This document shows positions 17,168 to 17,793 of a DNA stretch of 17,793 bases, in pieces. The translations under genes were made by a program, and so were the position numbers. The stretch's first letter is position 1. Each line of letters begins with the position of its first letter. This DNA comes from Candidatus Bathyarchaeia archaeon. Its GTDB lineage: Archaea; Thermoproteota; Bathyarchaeia; Bathyarchaeales; Bathycorpusculaceae. The DNA lies in contig JBEKXL010000035.1 in the NCBI GenBank assembly GCA_049512075.1, positions 1 to 17,793 of the forward strand. The letters run 5' to 3'. The notes under the pieces were generated by a model. That model worked only from the letters and a program-made list of their open reading frames with translations. It was not told the DNA's origin and made no database searches.

Positions 17168-17336
17168 GGCATCAGTGCTTAGAGCGCTACGCACGATTCT
17201 AACCGTCAGTGGATGTGCTCTTATAGGCAACCGTTTCTAATGTTGCGAAAAGGCTTATAAAAGTGCAAGTTTCGGCTATCATTTAGGAGAAGCGATTGCA
17301 AAGCGCGCGCGCTTGATTGTAGCTTTATATTCAATC

Positions 17337-17793
17337 GTGGAGAACAGCTTCAGCAAGAGTGGAGCCTTCACGTACAAAACCCTAGAAGTCCTAGGCCCAG
17401 AGCACGAGTTTTCAATTGTGAATGACGAGCTTGAGGCATTGCCCATCGTAGACAAAATCATAAAAGATTTCCATGGCCGAGTTGTCAACTTCGTCGAACA
17501 GCCAAGCTATACCTTTGGCAAAGAGCTTCAGCTGCACGTCATGGAATTCAAGCCCAACGCTCCCTTCAAGACACCGGTGGAGTTTGAGGAAACAATGCAG
17601 GAAGCCATCTTGACGATTCAGGATTTCCTGCAACGTAAATTTCACGCATATCTTCTTGGAACGGGCATGCACCCACTACTAGAACTCGACGAAACGGGAA
17701 TTTGGCCCCACCGCCACAGACAAATCTACGAGGCTTACAGCAAAATCTTCAACCTCAGACGGCACGGATGGCTCAACATTCAGAGCTTCCACC
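17337..17793 (+). CDS. Glutamate--cysteine ligase family 2 (GCS2) protein, runs off the window end
   Basis: Manual translation: LGPEHEFSIV...KELQLHVMEFK...LLGTGMHP...HGWLNIQSFH. Confidence 0.88.
   Translation, partial: MENSFSKSGAFTYKTLEVLGPEHEFSIVNDELEALPIVDKIIKDFHGRVVNFVEQPSYTFGKELQLHVMEFKPNAPFKTPVEFEETMQEAILTIQDFLQRKFHAYLLGTGMHPLLELDETGIWPHRHRQIYEAYSKIFNLRRHGWLNIQSFH

Larger units (their letters stand above)
302..17312. repeat. Dispersed self-complementary (CG)n tracts, 6-11 nt, about 37 copies
   Basis: Tract starts counted by eye: 302, 464, 939, 1148, 1348, 2143, 2274, 2416, 2547, 2596, 3308, 3417, 3702, 3786, 3883, 4122, 5210, 5803, 5887, 8640, 8746, 10028, 10110, 10397, 10931, 11078, 11166, 12053, 13458, 13585, 13648, 14086, 15258, 15384, 15464, 16107, 17303. 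Twenty-four are 8 nt or longer. Only 302 and 5210 lie inside intact genes. Confidence 0.95.

Noticed and set aside
464-17312. CRISPR array or integron interpretation of the repeated motif
   Set aside because: The repeat is only 6-11 nt and variable, spacing ranges from about 40 bp to 2.7 kb, modules face both ways, and no cas genes, IntI or attC R/L boxes were seen.
17279-17672. Minus-strand ORFs 17279..17488 and 17412..17672
   Set aside because: Antisense to the GCS2-family gene.

Overview
Archaeal accessory region. It is probably Bathyarchaeia-like, which is an inference from GGAGGTG ribosome-binding sites and the protein families present. It holds about 20 intact genes: a metallophosphoesterase, a wHTH protein, a GT2 glycosyltransferase, two UPF0104/LPG-synthase-type flippases, a GvpD/KaiC-like ATPase with a small partner, a PRC-barrel protein, an lmo0937-family protein, a PH-domain protein, a YdjM-like hydrolase, a GCS2 ligase and several small membrane proteins. 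The dominant unexplained structure is about 37 alternating (CG)n tracts of 6-11 nt, 35 of them outside intact genes. They cut the window into modules of about 40 bp to 2.7 kb. Modules contain either whole genes or scraps of unrelated genes (P-type ATPase, CapA, tyrosine integrase, phosphoesterase, a local paralog) that begin or end within 0-2 nt of a tract. Where the donor sequence can be inferred, the tract is not part of it. This looks like a (CG)n-linker DNA capture or end-joining system building a mosaic array, although an assembly or amplification artefact must be excluded. A 465-bp TIR-bounded element with no transposase, carrying only a wHTH gene, sits in a GCGCGC-TA-GCGCGC site.
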